Origin: Tubiluchus corallicola
Lineage: Eukaryota > Animalia > Priapulida
Direction: 5' to 3'
Assembly: GCA_030141605.1 (NCBI GenBank)
Contig: JAQGDQ010001737.1
Span: 1-27,366 of the forward strand
Length of the DNA stretch: 27,366 bases
Within the stretch, counting starts at the first letter, position 1. Each line of letters begins with the position of its first letter. Positions 21,821 through 27,366 of the stretch are shown piece by piece. The translations under genes and the position numbers were made by a program. The notes below the pieces were generated by a model. That model ran no database searches, was not told where the DNA came from, and saw nothing but the letters and a program-made list of their open reading frames with translations.

Positions 21821-23512
21821 CAATTTTTCTGTGTATCAAAGGAATCACATCACATTGACAATCAATATGTTGCTCCTTTGCTCATTATCAAGGTACAGTA
21901 TAACAGGTATGTCTAAAGTCTTTTCTTGTACTAGACTTAACGTCTCTTTTGCACTAGATTATATGTAACCATGTTTTAATTTAGTCATATTGTAATTTGT
22001 TTTCTCATTACTAAAACGTGGAACTAAAACGTAGTTCTCTTATGATAGACCAATAAACCTTTATTACTAAGGATGTACTAATTACTCTTGTTTCATTGTC
22101 ATTGTAAATATCATCATATCAAAAATGTAATACTGATCAATAATTATGCGCATATTTTAATTACCTGTTCATGTTTTTGTTAAAAAAGTAAAATTACATA
22201 CATTTAGAAAACTGCTACAAATTAAACTCAATTCAGTATTTGTTTGTATCGATGATGCGAAAGTAATTGAATTCAGGGCTCTCCGAAGCATTTTTTACAA
22301 AAATTCAAACTTTCTACATAAATTAAAATTTAAATTTAAATCGTTAAAATCAGACAAAATATTTTTTCGAAGAATAAAAATCAACCATTCGTCGTAATAG
22401 ACTTAAGCGTTTTCGATAGTCATCTATAACTTTTATTGGACAACGTGTATGTCCTTATGTGGCTTCAGATCCTAAAATTTCGATACTCTTTTACAATGTT
22501 GAGTATATTTGAGGAAGTTACCTGCGAGCAATGTTTAGTAGCTTTCATTGTCTGCTAGATTTCAATTGCCACCATGGCATTTGACACTTTTGGAATAAAA
22601 ATTGTGCTAAAACGCTGTAACTCTCACAAAAGTAAGAAAAACAATGTAGCAAACGAAAGTCATTGTGCAGATTTTTTCGTTTCTGACACAACGCCTTTTA
22701 TCTGCGTTTGATGGTGACTTACCAAAAACAGAATTGAGCTCCTCATATTGGACTGCTTTCTCTGGAATATCCACGCTGTACTGTACTTTCTTTTGCGTGT
22801 AATTCCTACAACTGTTTAGAGTGAATGAACCGCGTATAAGTCGTCGGTAGGCGGTTTGACAAAGTAAAATTAAACTGTCTGACCGAATCAAAGTAAAATT
22901 AAACTGTCTGACCGAAATGGTCTTTTATAAAGTCATCTGTCGTCATGCTTATTATCACAGCACGAGTGAATTTATAAAATAGCGGTCATAAACACGCTTT
23001 TAGTTGAACTGAGACGCATGTAATTCAGGTTTAATACGCGTGATTAAATTTACGTGTATACATGTCATTATAAGTTTCCTGGAGTCGTGCACAGCATATA
23101 AATAACACGTACAAACATACTTTTACTAGGCGCTCTATATAAAATGCAACGAAAACTACAGAAGTCATGCATCATAATTGAATAATTATATTAGCAATGA
23201 AGTCGACGGTGCCGAAAGAGAAGATTAAAGTTCTGCTTTAGCCACCCCAGTTATTCCTAAACGGGTAAAGTTTACATTTGCTCCCCCCCCACATACAAGA
23301 AATTAGTTCGTGAAGCGGATTAGGGTTAAGTTTAAGGTCAGGTTTGGGTAAAGTCCAGGGTTAAGGTTACAGTTAGGACAGTAAGGTTACATTTAAATTG
23401 TGTGGGAAATTGTGAAGTCCTTCCAAATTTATACAGCCAGTCGACACCCCTCCATTTCTCCCTCAGAGTTTCGTCTACTGACCGCCCAGACTTTTCTTCA
23501 GGCAATAATCCA

Positions 23513-24662
23513 GTCGCCAGTAGGTGGAGTTGGAATCAATGACACTTAAAGCGCTTCCGTCGCCAGTAGCTGGAGTTGGAATCAATGACACTTAAAGCGC
23601 TTCCGTCGCCAGTAGCTGGAGTTGGAATCAATGACACTTAAAGCGCTTCCGTCGCCAGTAGCTGGAGTTGGAATCAATGACACTTAAAGCGCTTCCGCCG
23701 CCAGTAGTTGGAGTTGAAATCAATGACACTTAGAGCGCTTCCGTCGCCAGTAGCTGGAGTTGGAATCAATGACACTTAGAGCGCTTCCGCCGCCAGTAGC
23801 TGGAGTTGGAATCAATGACACTTAAAGCGCTTCCGTCGCCAGTAGCTGGAGTTGGAATCAATGACACTTAAAGCGCTTCCGTCGCCAGTAGCTGGAGTTG
23901 GAATCAATGACACTTAAAGCGCTTCCGTCGCCAGTAGCTGGAGTTGGAATCAATGACACTTAAAGCGCCTCCGTCGCCAGTAGTTGGAGCTGGAATCAAT
24001 GACACTTAAAGTGCTTCCGTCGCCAGTAGTTGGAGCTGGAATCAATGACACTTAAAGCGCTTCCGTCGCCAGTAGCTGGAGTTGAAATCAATGACACTTA
24101 AAGCGCTTCCGTCGCCAGTAGTTGGAGTTGAAATCAATGACACTTAAAGCGCTTCCGTCACCAGTAGCTGGAGTTGGAATCAATGACACTTAAAGCGCTT
24201 CCGTCGCTAGTAGTTGGAGTTGGAATCAATGACACTTAAAGCGCTTCCGTCGCCAGTAGCTGGAGTTGGAATCAATGACACTTAAAGCGCTTCCGTCGCC
24301 AGTAGCTGGAGTTGGAATCAATGACACTTAAAGCGCCTCCGTCGCCAGTAGTTGGAGTTGGAATCAATGACACTTAAAGCGCTTCCGTCGCCAGTAGCTG
24401 GAGTTGAAATCAATGACACTTAAAGCGCTTCCGTCGCCAGTAGTTGGAGTTGGAATCAATGACACTTAAAGTGCTTCCGTCGCCAGTAGGTGGAGTTGGA
24501 ATCAATGACACTTAAAGCGCTTCCGTCGCCAGTAGCTGGAGTTGGAATCAATGACACTTAAAGCGCTTCCGTCGCCAGTAGTTGGAGTTGGAATCAATGA
24601 CACTTAAAGCGCTTCCGTCGCCAGTAGCTGGAGTTGAAATCAATGACACTTAAAGCACTTTC
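23513..24662. repeat. 46-bp minisatellite, 25 copies
   Basis: Unit GTCGCCAGTAG(C/T)TGGAGTTG(G/A)AATCAATGACACTTAAAGCGCTTCC, contiguous, with no indels and no spacers. Confidence 0.97.
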
Positions 24663-24921
24663 GTCACACTTAAGTGGCTGACAGGGGCGTGTTAACCAAC
24701 AGGCTTTGAGGAGTTTGAGGAGCCAAAGTTTGAGGAGCGCCACATTTTGGAAAAAATTCTTATTCTCCTCAGAAGGGCTAAGTCATCAGTGAGGTTAGGC
24801 TTGTGTCAATCTTTGCAAAAATTGTCATAATTTTCAAGTGAATGACAGTTATCACCGAGCCTGAAAATTATATATTTCTGTTTAGGTTATAACTGCGCCC
24901 TGCAGAGGCCACTCCAGTGGT

Positions 24922-25037
24922 TCAAGGATCGGATTGCTCAACCACAGTCGACGCTGCAGCTCCATCAATGTGATCAATAACTGACTCTCTTGGCGCACAT
25001 TCCATTGTCTTCCGAGACAGAAGGGTGCCAACAACAA
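24922..25037 (+). mobile_element. 5'-truncated RTE-clade LINE 3' end
   Basis: Encodes SRIGLLNHSRRCSSINVINN*, resembling the C-terminal zinc-finger motif SRIGL-x-S/N-H-x-R-x-C of RTE ORFs. Short 3' UTR with a stem-loop and an (AAC)n tail. Confidence 0.7.
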
Positions 25038-25351
25038 TTGACTTTTTAAGAAGATTTTTGGAGCTTTGTTTATGAACTAGTGTGTTTTCTGCTACTTTAA
25101 GTGCAAATATTTCGCTAGGGAGAGAGAGGTACTGATGCTGTAATATAATCGCAGCTATAATCATTCAGTTCTGTAATCGTTAAATTAGTTATGTAGAAAT
25201 TTGTCAAGTTTGTCCTGTTGTCTTTTATTTTTTCAGCGATTTTGCTTTAAATTTCCCTCCAACAGCATTCTGATAGCCTATTCTGAAGACGATAATGGTG
25301 GTGATGATATCGACGATGGTGCATTTGGAAGCAGAAAGATATTGATTTTAA

Positions 25352-25929
25352 AGGAAGACAGGATGATTTTTCGTATACCAACCCAAGTCATATAAAGAGT
25401 ATACATTTTAACACAGTTAATACTGCAAAAGTATTTCTGATAATTAAATAATAAATTAAAAATTTAATTAACGCCGCGCGATCCCAACTATTGATGACAT
25501 CACAAACTAACATAATTTTCAACAGCAAAACTATTCCATGAGCGTGTTGTCCGTGTTTGCGAAAGCGCTACTGTAAGGTATTCAGTGTATTGTACTAAGT
25601 TTTAAGATAAAAATTTAAATTTCAAATTTACCGCTTTGATCACGCATGCGCATAAATGTGTACAGTTCGTCAGAGACATCTGAATTGAGAGGTGCAGCAC
25701 CTGTTTTTTTGTTCAACGCGTTTCTGAAATGCAGGCGCTAGTGCCCGTCTAACTAACGAATGGCGAAATGCATGTAACGGCGTAGAACTAGTGACGCGAA
25801 CGCGAATTGTGTTTGTGTTATAATAATTCTTTCACGTGAGTCATTTTTGAAAAAATAGTTTGTTTTCTTTAATTATTTTAAAGTGTAGATTGTTTTGACC
25901 TGCAGTTTAAGATTGGCTCCGGTTTTGCT
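25352..25929. mobile_element. TTAA-flanked MITE (Kolobok-like), copy 2
   Basis: TTAA|AGGAAGACAGG ... CCGGTTTTGCT|CTAA. Colinear with 19267-19818 except for an extra segment near 25570-25630. Confidence 0.72.
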
Positions 25930-27366
25930 CTAATAATTTTTGCAATGAGAAACAGTAGAAAAACAAACCATTTGTAACTTAAACATTAGTGAAACTTTTT
26001 GAAAGTCTAGTTTAATCTACTAAGTATTTTTGCTTTCATTGCATTGTGATTAGACATGTACGTTTGTGATATTAAATTCTAAAAATATAATATAATGATA
26101 ATATAATATTATACAGCTTGTGTGACTTTCTCACATTTAGGCTGTAATCATAAACTAGGACTGGAATAAAATAGATTATTTTAGCATGATTATTGAGCAA
26201 AAACATAGGAGAATTCCAACAATCAGCGGCAAAAAAGGATGACCAACTTTTAGTAAAACTCAGATCATGACACTTCACTCAAAATCTCAATCTGGGAAAT
26301 CATCGTAAATTCCATAATCAGGTGCAGCAATTCACGACCAACTTTCACAGGGTGTCTCAAAAGTCACTCTACACTTTGATGTCTGATTTTCTTTTTAAAT
26401 ATTCAGGCAAAATCAGCCTGGCATGACTCCATCAATTACCAATTGAATTCAGTAAAAATTCAGAGTATCATATGGACTTCACTATTTTGTTACATTTAAC
26501 AGTGTAGGTTTTCGACAAGGTGCACCCCTTCCTCACAACTCCTGTCCTGTAAGAGACTTTCTCGATACAAGGTGCCCGACTTGCCCAACTAAGACGCCCG
26601 ACTTGCCACTGGATTTGTCTCTAATACTCTTGAGGTGCCAAAAATGGTAGTAAAAACTGCAAATCCTGTTAGTCCAGTAGGGTTTCCCAGATTTTTGTCT
26701 AATTCGACTAAAAGAATTGACCAAGGTTTCAGTTCATCTATCCCAGTTTTTCAACATTTTGCTTTGATTGTTAAAAATATAGAAAATGTAAAATTCATTT
26801 ATATGTTGAAATTTTTGTGTTTTTCGAAGCTGATGCTGATTAATCTTTGCTGTACAGCATGTTTTTACTGTTTAACACTGACTTTACTGGAAGTACCAAT
26901 ACCATAATAATATGTTTCATATTTTAGACCGTTTACATTTTTATTCCTGTAAATGGTTGTATTGGTAGGAGCCCCAGTCACGGCTTTACCCGGGGCTTAC
27001 ATTGCTGTAAGGGGTCTTACCCACAACTAACGTCAGAACTTTATTCAGTTTGTCTGTACACACTAGATAATAGCCAAAAAAACTCAACGTTATGACAAAA
27101 ATTATGTGTCTGGTAAAGGACTGTTATTAGCATAACAAGTTCTGGATTGAATTTTATCTATTAGTGTGAATAGCGCATAATTAAATTCGATATAGCAAAG
27201 GTACTTAATTGAATTCTGTAAAAGTGAATTGATGGATATTTAATACTCACAATGTCTGCTAACCTATTTCCTGTAATCGAGGACAGCATATAAATAACAA
27301 GTCAAAGCAGTAAATTTAACTTGCAGCATATATTACTTTGTTCCATACAAGATTTTTCTAGGGAAA

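Noticed and set aside
22522-22620. First coding exon of the pentraxin gene (MKATKHCSQ|gtaact)
   Set aside because: Phase 0 does not fit the phase-1 acceptor at 19219, and it hits a stop if joined to 21106; at most a 5' UTR exon.
23513-24662. CRISPR array
   Set aside because: Units are contiguous with no unique spacers, there are no cas genes, and the context is eukaryotic.
26348-26420. Tc1/mariner element (CAGGGTGTCTCAAAA terminus-like)
   Set aside because: Only one end seen; no matching TIR or transposase.

Overview
AT-rich animal (metazoan) nuclear DNA with spliceosomal GT-AG introns; nothing here looks prokaryotic. Two minus-strand genes were assembled by hand with splice phases checked. 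The first is the last three coding exons of PSMD9 (proteasome assembly chaperone p27/Nas2, PDZ half) at 4905->2813. The second is a pentraxin-domain gene of six or more exons at 19219->10359, with an acidic N-terminal region, a polyproline-RRKR insert inside the domain and a strongly cationic C-terminal tail. I could not find the 5' PSMD9 exons, so the pentraxin gene may be nested on the same strand in a PSMD9 intron. The rest is a transposon and repeat landscape: a head-to-tail Helitron dimer inside a pogo/Tigger-like MITE, a 5S-rRNA-headed SINE whose tail matches an RTE LINE 3' end elsewhere in the window, a Gmr1-order Gypsy relic, a CR1/L2 5' remnant, a solo LTR, two TTAA-flanked MITEs, 40-bp and 46-bp minisatellites, and microsatellites. 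Family assignments come from recalled motifs, not database searches.
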